48,618 nt of DNA from Candidatus Woesearchaeota archaeon (GCA_019323575.1 JAHWHB010000048.1:1-48618); one strand, 5' to 3'. Positions 7,489-17,218 are shown, counted from the stretch's first letter. Made by a program: numbers and translations. The notes: generated by a model not told the origin, from the letters alone.

Positions 7489-8820
7489 ATGACAGTAGAA
7501 ATCGCAGCAGTAGGAGGCTGGGGAGAGGTAGGCAGGAACATGACTGCAGTTAAAATAGACAATGAAGCAGTCATATTCGACATGGGACTGCACCTCCCAA
7601 ACTACATAAAACTAACAGAAGAAGAAATAGGAGAATTCAGAAAACTAACAGAAGCAAGCCTGAAGAGAGCAGAAGCAGTACCACAAGACACAAAAATAAA
7701 AGACTGGAGAGACGAAGTAATAGCAATAATAATAACGCACGCCCACCTAGACCACATAGGAGCAGTACCACACCTGGCAGCAAAGTACAACGCGCCAATA
7801 ATCTGCACACCATTCTCAGCACAAATACTAAGAACAATCTGCCAAGACGAAAAAATAGACCTCCAAAACAAAATAATAGAACTAAAACCAGGACAGACAA
7901 TACCACTATCAAAAAACCTCAAACTAGAATTCTGCCACATAACACACAGCACGCCACAAACAATCATAGCAACACTACACACACCGCACGGAACAATAAT
8001 GTACGGAAACGACTACAAACTAGACTCACACCCAACAATGGGAAGCCCGGTCAACTATGACCACCTCAAAAAACTAGGAGAAAAAGGAGTGCTGGCACTA
8101 ATACAAGACTGCCTCTACTCAACTGCACCAAGAAAAACACCCAGCGAACAAGTAGCAAAAGACATGCTAAGAGACGTGCTAATAGACATAGACAGCAAAG
8201 GAAAAGGAATCATAGTCACAACATTCGCAAGCCACATAGCACGACTAAAAACAATAGCGGAATACGGAAAAATGCTAGGAAGAAAAACAATAATCATGGG
8301 AAGAAGCATGGCAAAGTACAGCTACGCAGCAAAAGACTCAGGACTAATAGACCTTTCAAAACAAGCACAAATACTCAAATACGCACGCCAGATAAGAAGA
8401 AAGCTCAAAGAGGTACAAAACAAGAAAGAAAAATACCTCTTAGTAGTCTCAGGCCACCAAGGAGAACCAAAAAGCACACTAAGCAAAATGGCAGACGGAG
8501 TCTACAAATGGAAATTCGCAAACGACCACGTAATATTCAGCTCACAAATAATACCAGCAGAAATAAACATACAACAAAGAGCAATACTAGACAAAAAACT
8601 AACAAAACAAGGAGCAAGACTCTTCAAAGACATACACGTATCAGGACACAACTCAAAAGAAGACCTAAGAGAAATCATCAAAATACTAAAACCAAAATAT
8701 CTCTTACCAACACACGGAGAACCAGAAAAAACAGACGCATTCAAAAAAATGGCAAAAGAAGAAGGATACACAGACAAAACAATACACATACTAACAAACG
8801 GGCAGAGAATAACATTGTAA
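7489..8820 (+). CDS. rnj: Archaeal RNase J (metallo-beta-lactamase / beta-CASP ribonuclease)
   Basis: 443 aa. Contains IIITHAHLDHIGAVPHL and a later HVSGH motif, which is the beta-CASP layout. The TATA box atatataaa (7457-7465) lies about 28 nt upstream, so the mRNA is probably leaderless. Confidence 0.85.
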   Translation: MTVEIAAVGGWGEVGRNMTAVKIDNEAVIFDMGLHLPNYIKLTEEEIGEFRKLTEASLKRAEAVPQDTKIKDWRDEVIAIIITHAHLDHIGAVPHLAAKYNAPIICTPFSAQILRTICQDEKIDLQNKIIELKPGQTIPLSKNLKLEFCHITHSTPQTIIATLHTPHGTIMYGNDYKLDSHPTMGSPVNYDHLKKLGEKGVLALIQDCLYSTAPRKTPSEQVAKDMLRDVLIDIDSKGKGIIVTTFASHIARLKTIAEYGKMLGRKTIIMGRSMAKYSYAAKDSGLIDLSKQAQILKYARQIRRKLKEVQNKKEKYLLVVSGHQGEPKSTLSKMADGVYKWKFANDHVIFSSQIIPAEINIQQRAILDKKLTKQGARLFKDIHVSGHNSKEDLREIIKILKPKYLLPTHGEPEKTDAFKKMAKEEGYTDKTIHILTNGQRITL

Positions 8821-8866
8821 CTCCAGTATAGTAAAATATATAAACAACTGATATTAAAAAATAATA

Positions 8867-9628
8867 ATGGGGGGAGAAAAAATGAGGCTTGTACTAGCAG
8901 ATCCAACATTAATAAAAGACAGCATATCAGTAATATCAGAACTAGTCAATGAAGCAAGATTCAAAATCACACGCGACGGGCTAGAAATGATAGCAATGGA
9001 CCCGGCAAACGTCGCAATGGTCATCTTCAAACTATTATCAAGCAGCTTCACAGAATACGAAGTGGAAAAGGAACAAGAAATAGCAATAAACCTGGCAAAC
9101 TTCAAACAAATACTAAGAAGAGTAGGAGCAAGCGACATACTAACACTAGAAGTAACAGGAGAAAACAAACTACAAATACTCCTAAAAGGAGGCACAACAA
9201 GAACATTCTCACTACCACTAATAGAACTCGAAGAAAAAGAACAAAGAATACCAAACCTAACATTCCCAATAACAATAGGAACAAACAGCATGGTGCTCAA
9301 CGACGCAATAGCAGACGCAGACATAGTAGCAGAAAGCGTCACCTTTGCAGCAGAACCAGAAAAACTAACAATATCAGCAGAGGGAGACCTAAGCAAAGCA
9401 CACATAGAAATCAAACAGGGAGAAGACACAAAAATCAAAAGCACCAGTACTGCAAAAATCAAAGCAAAATACTCAATAGAGTATTTGAAAAAAATGATAA
9501 ATGCAGGCAAGCTCGCAGACGAAGTAAACATATTCTTTAACCAAGACTACCCGCTAAAGCTGGAATACAAAGTAGTAGACAAACTACTACTAAGCTTCAT
9601 CCTAGCACCAAGAGTAGAGAACGATTAA
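8867..9628 (+). CDS. pcn: PCNA sliding clamp
   Basis: 253 aa. Typical PCNA length and pattern (RLVLADPTLIKDSISVISELVNEARFKITRDGLEMIAMDPANVAMV). The TATA box atatataaa (8836-8844) lies 27 nt upstream. An alternative start at M6 (8882) is possible. Confidence 0.9.
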   Translation: MGGEKMRLVLADPTLIKDSISVISELVNEARFKITRDGLEMIAMDPANVAMVIFKLLSSSFTEYEVEKEQEIAINLANFKQILRRVGASDILTLEVTGENKLQILLKGGTTRTFSLPLIELEEKEQRIPNLTFPITIGTNSMVLNDAIADADIVAESVTFAAEPEKLTISAEGDLSKAHIEIKQGEDTKIKSTSTAKIKAKYSIEYLKKMINAGKLADEVNIFFNQDYPLKLEYKVVDKLLLSFILAPRVEND

Positions 9629-9668
9629 GCCAAAAAGCTTATAAAGGAAGTTACCACTTCACAGTGGT

Positions 9669-10511
9669 ATGAAATATCTTAAGCTGTTAAGACCAAAGCA
9701 ATGGTACAAAAACCTGCTAGTATTCCTGCCACTAATATTCTCAGGAAACCTGCTGAACACAACAGCAATAAAACTAAGCATAACAGCATTCATCAGCTTC
9801 TGCGCACTATCAAGCGCAACATACGTAATAAACGATTATGCAGACAGGAAAAAAGACAGACTACACCCAGAAAAACACAACAGACCAATAGCATCAGGAA
9901 AAGTCGGAAAAATAGAAGCACTACTAATCATAATCCTGCTCACAACAATAGGATTCGGCACAGCATTACTACTGCCGACAAACTTCCTCTATGCAGCACT
10001 AGGCTACTTCATACTATCACAACTATACACAGCATGGCTAAAACATGAAGCATTTGCAGACATACTAACAATATCAGTAAATTTTGTCATAAGAGCAGTA
10101 GCAGGAGCACTCGCAATAACAGTATGGGTAAGCCCGTGGCTAATACTAGGAGTATTCTTCCTAGCACTATTCCTAGTACTAGGAAAAAGAAGAAGCGAAA
10201 TAATGCTTTTAAAAGAAAAAACACACCTAAGAAAAACACTAAAAGCATACACACCAGAACTAACAAGCAGGCTAAGCGCACTAGCAACAACAACACTAGT
10301 CATAACATACACACTATACGTGTTCTTCGGACAACACCAGCTATTATACCTAACACTCCCGCCAGCACTCTACGCAGTATTCAGATACGAAAACATAATC
10401 AGCACAGGAAACAAAATAGCAAGAGAACCAGAAAAAGTATTCACAGACATCAGAATGATGGCAGCAATGATAATCTGGGGAGTGCTGACAATAACAATAC
10501 TATATCTGTAA
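9669..10511 (+). CDS. UbiA-family prenyltransferase (decaprenyl-phosphate phosphoribosyltransferase-like)
   Basis: 280 aa, multi-TM. Contains KQWYKNLLVFLPLIFSG and the Asp-rich motif NDYADRKKD. Confidence 0.8.
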   Translation: MKYLKLLRPKQWYKNLLVFLPLIFSGNLLNTTAIKLSITAFISFCALSSATYVINDYADRKKDRLHPEKHNRPIASGKVGKIEALLIIILLTTIGFGTALLLPTNFLYAALGYFILSQLYTAWLKHEAFADILTISVNFVIRAVAGALAITVWVSPWLILGVFFLALFLVLGKRRSEIMLLKEKTHLRKTLKAYTPELTSRLSALATTTLVITYTLYVFFGQHQLLYLTLPPALYAVFRYENIISTGNKIAREPEKVFTDIRMMAAMIIWGVLTITILYL

Positions 10512-10512
10512 A

Positions 10513-10953
10513 TTACTTTTTACCAAAATAAAACATCTTCTGAATGTCAACATCACTCGGATTAAACTTACCCTGACGAGGATGATCCTCCTTCACCTCA
10601 GTCTTCAAAGGCTCCTGACGCTCCTTGGGCTTAGGCGGAGCCTGCTCAGACAATTTTCTCAGCTCAGACTTCAAAGACTCCAACTCCTGAGCCAAAGAAT
10701 TCAAAGCAGAACGCAAAACCTGAAACTCCTCAACATACTTCTTATTATTCTGCTCCAACAACAACTCAAAACGACGCTCAGCCAAACCATTAGACTTTTG
10801 AACAACAGGAGCAGCTTCCTCAACAGCACCCTGCTGCTTTTCCTCAAAAACCTGCTCTGCCTGCTGAAACGCATCCTCACTAGAACCAGCAAAATTATGC
10901 TTTCGCAAATCACTAGCCAAACTATTTATCCTCTGCAGTTTAAAAACATCCAT
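10513..10953 (-). CDS. Hypothetical coiled-coil protein
   Basis: 146 aa. Central heptad-like region (LRSALNSLAQELESLKSELRKL). Last gene of a 3-gene minus-strand operon; overlaps the previous gene by 14 nt. Confidence 0.6.
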   Translation of the reverse strand: MDVFKLQRINSLASDLRKHNFAGSSEDAFQQAEQVFEEKQQGAVEEAAPVVQKSNGLAERRFELLLEQNNKKYVEEFQVLRSALNSLAQELESLKSELRKLSEQAPPKPKERQEPLKTEVKEDHPRQGKFNPSDVDIQKMFYFGKK

Positions 10954-11212
10954 TTTGTCCGTCCTCCTTCACAAGATATCCGTCTTTAACGACGAAACGC
11001 CTGCCAGAAGCAGGCAGGGGCTGACGGCCAACACGAGGCAAAGGATCACGACGAATACCAGAAAGCATACCAACACACTTGTCGCAATACAATTTATTGT
11101 GATCGCGCTTGGCTATACAAAACTCGCACAAGCGTTTACCGCACCACATGCAACCGCCAACATGGTCCTTTCTATGTTTATCACACCTAATCATGTTTAA
11201 ACTGGGAGCCAA
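10940..11212 (-). CDS. Small B-box-like zinc-finger protein
   Basis: 90 aa, or 84 aa if it starts at MIRCDKH. Eight ordered ligands: C-x2-H-x7-C-x2-C-x4-C-x2-C-x10-C-x2-C. Confidence 0.65.
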   Translation of the reverse strand: MAPSLNMIRCDKHRKDHVGGCMWCGKRLCEFCIAKRDHNKLYCDKCVGMLSGIRRDPLPRVGRQPLPASGRRFVVKDGYLVKEDGQNGCF

Positions 11213-11930
11213 AATTCTCCTTCACGAACTGAGCCATCATAACATTGCCAGCAAGATTATAAGATTTGAAAGCAGTAGCAAACAAGCCCTCCCTCAAACA
11301 CATATCCCCAAGAGAAGACAAACGCTCAGAATCACCAGCAAGCTCATAAGCCTTGGCAGCATAACCAATCTGCCTCTCTCTCAAAGCCTTATCACCAACC
11401 TCGGCAAGCTTCTGCTTATTGTTAACAGCACTAAAAACCTCAATCGCGTGGTCATACTTCTCCTTTCTCAAACAGTCCTCTCCAACTCTAACAAGCCTTT
11501 CCACGTCATTGATAGCACGAAAAGCACGAATAGCATCGCCTGTGCGACCTTCTTCCAAACACTTATTGCCAACCTTCAAAAGCATTTCAGTATTGTCTGC
11601 AAGCCTGTAACACTCAACAGCATTAGAGAACAAGCCAACACGCTCATAATCCTTGCCAAGAGCAGTCAACTTAACACGATTACCAGCAAGAATAAAAGCC
11701 TTCATAGCTTCAGGAAGCCTGCCCTTCCTCACATACTCCTCACCGAAAGCATTCAAAACAGAAATTCGCGTTTCCTCATCAAACATTGAAAGATTAACAT
11801 TATCCAATCCCTTCTCAATCAAAGCAGGAAGAATACGACGGAAATTAGACAATTGAGCCTCCCGCTTCTTAATCTCATTAACATTCTCAGCTACGTTTGA
11901 AACGACCTTTTGAAGAATCTTATCATCCAT
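11187..11930 (-). CDS. Alpha-helical repeat protein (six ~29-aa repeats)
   Basis: 247 aa. The repeat L..(V/L)G(D/E/N).CL(R/E)....(A)I.A(F/Y)..(A/V)....(R/K) occurs six times, e.g. LLKVGNKCLEEGRTGDAIRAFRAINDVER, LVRVGEDCLRKEKYDHAIEVFSAVNNKQK and LAEVGDKALRERQIGYAAKAYELAGDSER. Confidence 0.7.
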   Translation of the reverse strand: MDDKILQKVVSNVAENVNEIKKREAQLSNFRRILPALIEKGLDNVNLSMFDEETRISVLNAFGEEYVRKGRLPEAMKAFILAGNRVKLTALGKDYERVGLFSNAVECYRLADNTEMLLKVGNKCLEEGRTGDAIRAFRAINDVERLVRVGEDCLRKEKYDHAIEVFSAVNNKQKLAEVGDKALRERQIGYAAKAYELAGDSERLSSLGDMCLREGLFATAFKSYNLAGNVMMAQFVKENFGSQFKHD

Positions 11931-12066
11931 ATCACAACACCTCTTTAAGCACTCACAAGTGTAAACAAAAACAGAGAAAGCGAATATATAAATGTTACTA
12001 TTTAGTATACTGGTATTTTTAACAAAGTGTATAAATTTTTATGCAATAAAACATTACCAAGCAAAA

Positions 12067-12378
12067 ATGAACCTAATATTAACAATAATCACAGCATGGC
12101 TGGCGTGCCAGCTGGTAAAAATAATCATAAGCAGAAAAACAAAAGCGTTCTGGCAGTTAGGAGGAATGCCAAGCAGCCATGCCGCACTGGTAGGAGCACT
12201 AGCAACAGCAATAACAATACAAGAAGGATATAATTCCACCGCGGCAGTCATATCTTACGTCTTAGCAGCGATAGTAATACACGACGCACTACACATAAGA
12301 AAACATCACAATCTAACAGAAATAACAGCAGGGCTCATAATAGGATTAATCACAGCAGTCATACTGCAGGCACTGTAG
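12067..12378 (+). CDS. Divergent PAP2 / DUF212 (acid phosphatase-vanadium haloperoxidase-related) membrane protein
   Basis: Contains GGMPSSHAALVGALATAI and a later HDALHIRKH. The start is set at the internal ATG 12067 (MNLILTI...) because a TATA-like atatataaa lies at about 11983-11991. Confidence 0.7.
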   Translation: MNLILTIITAWLACQLVKIIISRKTKAFWQLGGMPSSHAALVGALATAITIQEGYNSTAAVISYVLAAIVIHDALHIRKHHNLTEITAGLIIGLITAVILQAL

Positions 12379-12769
12379 AAAACAAGCTCAAAAGACCCCT
12401 TTTCAAAGCGGACTTCTCAGTAATCTGATTATGCGTATAAGGATACAACATCCACTTCTCATTAGCCGCAGGATTCACAAAATAAATACACAAACCAGGA
12501 AGCTTAGCAAGCGTGCCCCAATTAGAAACAACAAAGTCAACATTCTTCCTAGTATTAAGAACAACAAGACCGGCGCTGCCAGAAACCTTTTCAACAATAC
12601 CAGAAACATCCGCAAGTTCGGGACGAACAAAGAAAAAAACATCGCCAGAAGACTTATGCACGACAAAATCACCATTCAAATCCTCAAAACCAGAAATGGA
12701 TTTCTCAAGAATATCGCGGGACTTCAAAAAAATCTGAACCCACTCCTTCAGCTCTGTAGTCGAATCCAT
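12359..12769 (-). CDS. Hypothetical protein
   Basis: 136 aa with ordinary globular composition. Convergent with, and overlapping, the end of the DUF212 gene. No family recognised. Confidence 0.55.
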   Translation of the reverse strand: MDSTTELKEWVQIFLKSRDILEKSISGFEDLNGDFVVHKSSGDVFFFVRPELADVSGIVEKVSGSAGLVVLNTRKNVDFVVSNWGTLAKLPGLCIYFVNPAANEKWMLYPYTHNQITEKSALKRGLLSLFSTVPAV

Positions 12770-12828
12770 AAAAAACAGAACTTAACAAACAATTCTTAAA
12801 CTTTTATACTTCCAAACACGTGACAACA

Positions 12829-13110
12829 TCAAGCAGTTTCCTGCGGAACTTCCTCTTCAGAATAGCTAGGCACAGCAGCACGGCTAATAACCATAATGTC
12901 GCCAACAGCCTTAACAAGCTGGTGAGGAACAATAACACCCTTGGCACTGCCCAGAACCTTAGACAAGAAAGAATTCTTAGTGGCACGAACACGCCAGCCA
13001 TGCACCTTAGACTGAGTCAAAATAGCCTCTTCAACATCACCAAAATAATCACCAAGATCAGTAAAAACCTTCATATCATACGTTTCCTGTATCTTTTTCA
13101 TTCTAAGCAT
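12829..13110 (-). CDS. PRC-barrel domain protein
   Basis: 93 aa. MKVFTDLGDYFGDVEEAIL...VHGWRV...GVIVPHQLVKAVGDIMVI fits the PRC-barrel pattern. A strong SD (aggaggg) lies 7 nt upstream on the minus strand. Confidence 0.65.
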   Translation of the reverse strand: MLRMKKIQETYDMKVFTDLGDYFGDVEEAILTQSKVHGWRVRATKNSFLSKVLGSAKGVIVPHQLVKAVGDIMVISRAAVPSYSEEEVPQETA

Positions 13111-13209
13111 ATTAGTTCCCTCCTTTCGACACTATTTTTGAAGAGTTAAACTATATAAATATTATGGTAAAGCACAGCATTAATAAATAAAAAGAGCTAC
13201 AAAAACAAA

Positions 13210-13878
13210 ATGAAACAATTACAAATCATAGGAACATCACACATTTCTCCAGAAAGCGTAAAAAACGTAGAGAAAACAATACTTGACAAAAAACCAGGAA
13301 TAGTAGCAATAGAACTCGATGCAAAAAGACTCTATGCCCTGCTGCACAAACAAAAAGCAAGACTAAGCATAAGAGACATAAAAAGAGTAGGAGTAAAAGG
13401 ATGGCTGTTCGCACTAATAGGCACGTGGACAGAAAAAAAACTAGGAGCCAAAACAGGAGTGATGCCCGGCTCAGAAATGCTCACAGCAATAAAAGCAGCA
13501 AAAGAGGTAGAGGCAAAAATAGCACTCATAGACCAAGACATCGACATAACACTCCTAAAATTCTCAAAAGCACTCACGTGGAAAGAAAAATGGAATTTTG
13601 TAGTAGACTTAGCCAAAGGACTAATATTCAGAAAAGGAATACAATTCGACCTGGCAAAAGTACCAACACAAAAAGTCATAAAAAAACTAATGAAAGATGT
13701 TAAAAAAAGATATCCAAGCATATACAAAGTACTAGTAGAAGAAAGAAACAAACACATGGCAAAAAGCCTGGCACACTTAATCACACACCACCCAGAAGAC
13801 AAAATAATAGCAGTAGTCGGCGCAGGACACGAACAAGAAATAAGAAAACTCTTGAAAAAGTATTTAAAGCCAGAATAG
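13210..13878 (+). CDS. TraB/PrgY family protein
   Basis: 222 aa. Contains IIGTSHISPESV near the N-terminus and AVVGAGHEQEI near the C-terminus, the two family signatures. Confidence 0.8.
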   Translation: MKQLQIIGTSHISPESVKNVEKTILDKKPGIVAIELDAKRLYALLHKQKARLSIRDIKRVGVKGWLFALIGTWTEKKLGAKTGVMPGSEMLTAIKAAKEVEAKIALIDQDIDITLLKFSKALTWKEKWNFVVDLAKGLIFRKGIQFDLAKVPTQKVIKKLMKDVKKRYPSIYKVLVEERNKHMAKSLAHLITHHPEDKIIAVVGAGHEQEIRKLLKKYLKPE

Positions 13879-13899
13879 AGTATAATAAAAAAAAAAGAG

Positions 13900-14646
13900 A
13901 TGAGCCTTCGAAATTACCTGGACAAAGTAAAAAGATACTTCAAATTTTCAAAAGAAGAATGGATAGCATTCTTCCTGGCAGCACTAGGCCTGGCACTAAT
14001 CTATTCCTGGACAGAATGGGGAACAGACACATTCGACCTAAACCAAGGACTAAAAAGCTACGCAATAAGCCTAATATTCATACTAATAACATTATTCGTG
14101 CACCACGCAGGACAAAGACTAATGGCGCTCTACATAGGACTAAGAGCGGAACAAAAACTATGGTGGTATGGAATCCTAATCGGACTAATGCTGACAATAC
14201 TCAGCAACGGCAAAATCAAATTCCTAGCGGCAACAGGCACAATAGCATACATGCTCCCAGCACACAGAATAGGAGCATTCAGATACGGGCCAGGAGTAGG
14301 CACACTAGCAAGAATCGCGCTAGCAGGACCAGTAGCAAACATATTCTTCTCAGCAATAATCAAAACACTAGAATGGACAGGAATAGTACACCCATACATA
14401 GGACAAAAACTATTCGTATTAAACCTAACATTCGCCTTCTGGAATTTAATACCAATACCACCACTAGACGGCTCGAAATTATTCTACTACTCAAGACTAT
14501 GGTACATCTTTTTATTCGGCTCATTCGCAGGATACGTGTTCCTAGTCTACGCATTCGCAATATACTCATACATATTCGCACTACTAATAGGAGCAGCAGC
14601 ATGGTTCATGTACTTGGTAATATTCGAAAGAAAATGGTGGAGCTAA
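13900..14646 (+). CDS. Site-2-protease (M50)-like membrane protein lacking the HExxH motif
   Basis: 248 aa, multi-TM. NLIPIPPLDGSKLF matches the M50 NxxPxxxLDG motif. The position of HExxH reads VHHAGQRL. Confidence 0.65.
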   Translation: MSLRNYLDKVKRYFKFSKEEWIAFFLAALGLALIYSWTEWGTDTFDLNQGLKSYAISLIFILITLFVHHAGQRLMALYIGLRAEQKLWWYGILIGLMLTILSNGKIKFLAATGTIAYMLPAHRIGAFRYGPGVGTLARIALAGPVANIFFSAIIKTLEWTGIVHPYIGQKLFVLNLTFAFWNLIPIPPLDGSKLFYYSRLWYIFLFGSFAGYVFLVYAFAIYSYIFALLIGAAAWFMYLVIFERKWWS

Positions 14647-14647
14647 A

Positions 14648-14977
14648 ATGGGATTATTTGACATAGATATGATGTTTGACTGGCCTGAAATAATCGCACT
14701 ACTAGTACTAATAATAGGATTTGTAATGGGAATAGCCGCGCAAAACCTAATAGCAATATACTCGACATGCTTCATCGCAGGACTAATATTCGGAAGACTA
14801 TGGCACAAACTCAAAAAAAGCGAAAGCATACCATTATTCCTCGCAATAATGGCATTCTTCCTAGGATTTGTACTAGGAGGAATATGGACAAACCTAAGAG
14901 CAATAACACTGCTCCTGCTAGCAGGAATACTCGCAGGCTACTGGGTACACGAGAAAAAAGTGATCAGAACAATCTAA
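14648..14977 (+). CDS. Small membrane protein (about 3 TM)
   Basis: 109 aa, hydrophobic. Starts 1 nt after the M50-like gene, so probably in the same operon. Confidence 0.55.
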   Translation: MGLFDIDMMFDWPEIIALLVLIIGFVMGIAAQNLIAIYSTCFIAGLIFGRLWHKLKKSESIPLFLAIMAFFLGFVLGGIWTNLRAITLLLLAGILAGYWVHEKKVIRTI

Positions 14978-15019
14978 ATTCTAGCAAAACATAAATACAC
15001 AATCAAACACCAAAAACAC

Positions 15020-17218
15020 ATGCTAAGGGGGTTCACACCAAGACTATACCAGGAAACAATACTAGCCACAGCAGCAATCAAAAACACACTAGTAGTGCTC
15101 CCAACAGGAATGGGCAAAACAGGGATAGCACTGCTGCTGGCAGCACAAAGACTAAACCAGCACTCACAATCAAAAATACTAATCCTGGCACCAACAAAAC
15201 CACTAGCAGAACAACACCTCCAAACATTCAAAGAAGCAATAGATTTTCCAGAAGAAAAATTCGCACTATTCACAGGAGAGATACCTCCAAAAAAAAGAGA
15301 ACAACTCTGGCAAACAGCACAAATCATATTCTCAACACCACAAGGACTAGAAAACGACATAATAGGAAACAAAATAGACATAACAAAAGTAAGCCTCCTG
15401 GTATTTGACGAAGCACACAGAGCAACAGGAGACTACAGCTACGTATTCATAGCAAAACAATACCACAGAAAAGCGGAGTGGCCCAGAGTACTAGCACTTA
15501 CAGCAAGCCCGGGAAGCGACACAACAAAAATAGAAGAAGTATGCAACAACTTAGGCATAGAAGCAGTAGAAATCAGAACAGAAAAAGACCCAGACGTACA
15601 ACCATACGTACAACCAATAGAAATAGAATGGAAAAAAGTAGAACTCCCAGAAGAATTCAAAAAAATACAAAACCTTCTGCAAAACTGCATAAAAGCAAAA
15701 ATCCAACAGCTCAAAAAATACGGAGTAAAAACAAACTACCTCACAAAAAAAGAACTGCTGCAAATACAGGCACAATTACAAGCAAAACTCAGAACAGAAA
15801 AAGACTATGAAGCAATGAAAGCAATAAGCCTGCTCGCAGAAATAATCAAAGCACAACACGCAGTGGAGCTGCTGGAAACACAGAGCATCGCATCACTAAA
15901 CAAATACCTGACAAATTTGTTTGAACAGGCAGAAAGCAGCAAAATAAAAGCAGTAAAAAACCTAACAGCAGACTTATCATTCAAAAGCGCATACATACTT
16001 GCGCAAAAACTACTCGAAAAAAACATAGAACACCCAAAAATAAAGGAAACGGTAGAGTTCATAACAAAAGAAATACAAGAAAACAAACTCATCAAAATAA
16101 TACTTTTCACCCAGTACAGAGACACCGCAGTAAAACTATCAGAAGAACTAAACAAACAACAAGGAGCAATAGCAAAAATCTTCGTAGGACAAGCAAAAAA
16201 AGGAGAAACAGGACTAAGCCAGAAACAACAAGCAGAGATGCTGGACATGTTCAGAGACGGAATGTTCAACATACTCATAGCAACAAGCGTGGCAGAAGAA
16301 GGACTAGACATACCAAAAGTCGACCTGGTAGTATTCTACGAACCAATACCAAGCGCGATAAGACACATACAAAGAAGAGGAAGAACAGGAAGACAAGAAA
16401 AAGGAAGAGCAACAATATTCCTCACAAAAGGAACAAGAGACGAAGCATATTCGTGGAGCGCAAAACACAAAGAAAACAGAATGATAGGAGTGCTGGAAAA
16501 AATGAGAAAAGACATCACACTAAAACTAGCACCAAAACAACCAACACTAACAAACTATGACAATAATGTAAAGATATTCGCTGACTACAGAGAAAAAACA
16601 ACGGGCACAGTAAAAGAACTGGTAGAGAAGGGAGTAACAGTAAAACTCGAAATGCTCCAATCAGCAGACTACATACTAAGCGCGAGAACAGGAGTAGAAC
16701 TAAAAACAACAGAAGACTTCGTAAACAGCATAATAGACGGCAGGCTGCTGGAACAATTAAAAGAACTAAAAAGAAACTATGAAAAACCCCTAATTATAAT
16801 ACAAGGAACACAAGACCTGTACTCAGTAAGAAACGTACACGCAAACGCGATAAGAGGAATGCTGGCAACAATAGCAATAAGCTACGGCATACCAATAATA
16901 TCAACAAAAGACGAAAAAGACAGCGCAGCACTGTTAATATCAATAGCAAAAAGAGAACAAGAAGAAAACAAAAAAGAATTCTCGCCCCACGCAGACAAAA
17001 AACCAATGACGATAAAAGAACAACAAGAATACATTGTAAGCGCGCTGCCGAACGTCGGGCCAAACCTGGCAAAAGAACTCCTAAAACACTTCAGCTCAGT
17101 GCAAGCAGTATTCATGGCATCAGAAGACGGACTTAAAAAAGTAGAAGGCGTAGGAGAAAAAATAGCAAAAGTAATAAAAGAACTAACAACACAACCATAT
17201 GAAAATGAAAGGAGATAA
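15020..17218 (+). CDS. hef: Hef (FANCM-like helicase fused to XPF/ERCC4 nuclease and HhH2)
   Basis: 732 aa. Walker A LPTGMGKT, VFDEAHRA, HIQRRGRTGR. The C-terminal ERCC4 domain has ADYREK...SADYIL...VELKTTEDFVNSIIDGRLLEQ, followed by an HhH region. Confidence 0.9.
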   Translation: MLRGFTPRLYQETILATAAIKNTLVVLPTGMGKTGIALLLAAQRLNQHSQSKILILAPTKPLAEQHLQTFKEAIDFPEEKFALFTGEIPPKKREQLWQTAQIIFSTPQGLENDIIGNKIDITKVSLLVFDEAHRATGDYSYVFIAKQYHRKAEWPRVLALTASPGSDTTKIEEVCNNLGIEAVEIRTEKDPDVQPYVQPIEIEWKKVELPEEFKKIQNLLQNCIKAKIQQLKKYGVKTNYLTKKELLQIQAQLQAKLRTEKDYEAMKAISLLAEIIKAQHAVELLETQSIASLNKYLTNLFEQAESSKIKAVKNLTADLSFKSAYILAQKLLEKNIEHPKIKETVEFITKEIQENKLIKIILFTQYRDTAVKLSEELNKQQGAIAKIFVGQAKKGETGLSQKQQAEMLDMFRDGMFNILIATSVAEEGLDIPKVDLVVFYEPIPSAIRHIQRRGRTGRQEKGRATIFLTKGTRDEAYSWSAKHKENRMIGVLEKMRKDITLKLAPKQPTLTNYDNNVKIFADYREKTTGTVKELVEKGVTVKLEMLQSADYILSARTGVELKTTEDFVNSIIDGRLLEQLKELKRNYEKPLIIIQGTQDLYSVRNVHANAIRGMLATIAISYGIPIISTKDEKDSAALLISIAKREQEENKKEFSPHADKKPMTIKEQQEYIVSALPNVGPNLAKELLKHFSSVQAVFMASEDGLKKVEGVGEKIAKVIKELTTQPYENERR

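Noticed and set aside
10513-10560. Possible PIP box at the C-terminus of the coiled-coil protein (DIQKMFYFGKK).
   Set aside because: The spacing does not fit QxxhxxAA. The aromatic residues fall at positions 4-6 after Q, not 7-8.
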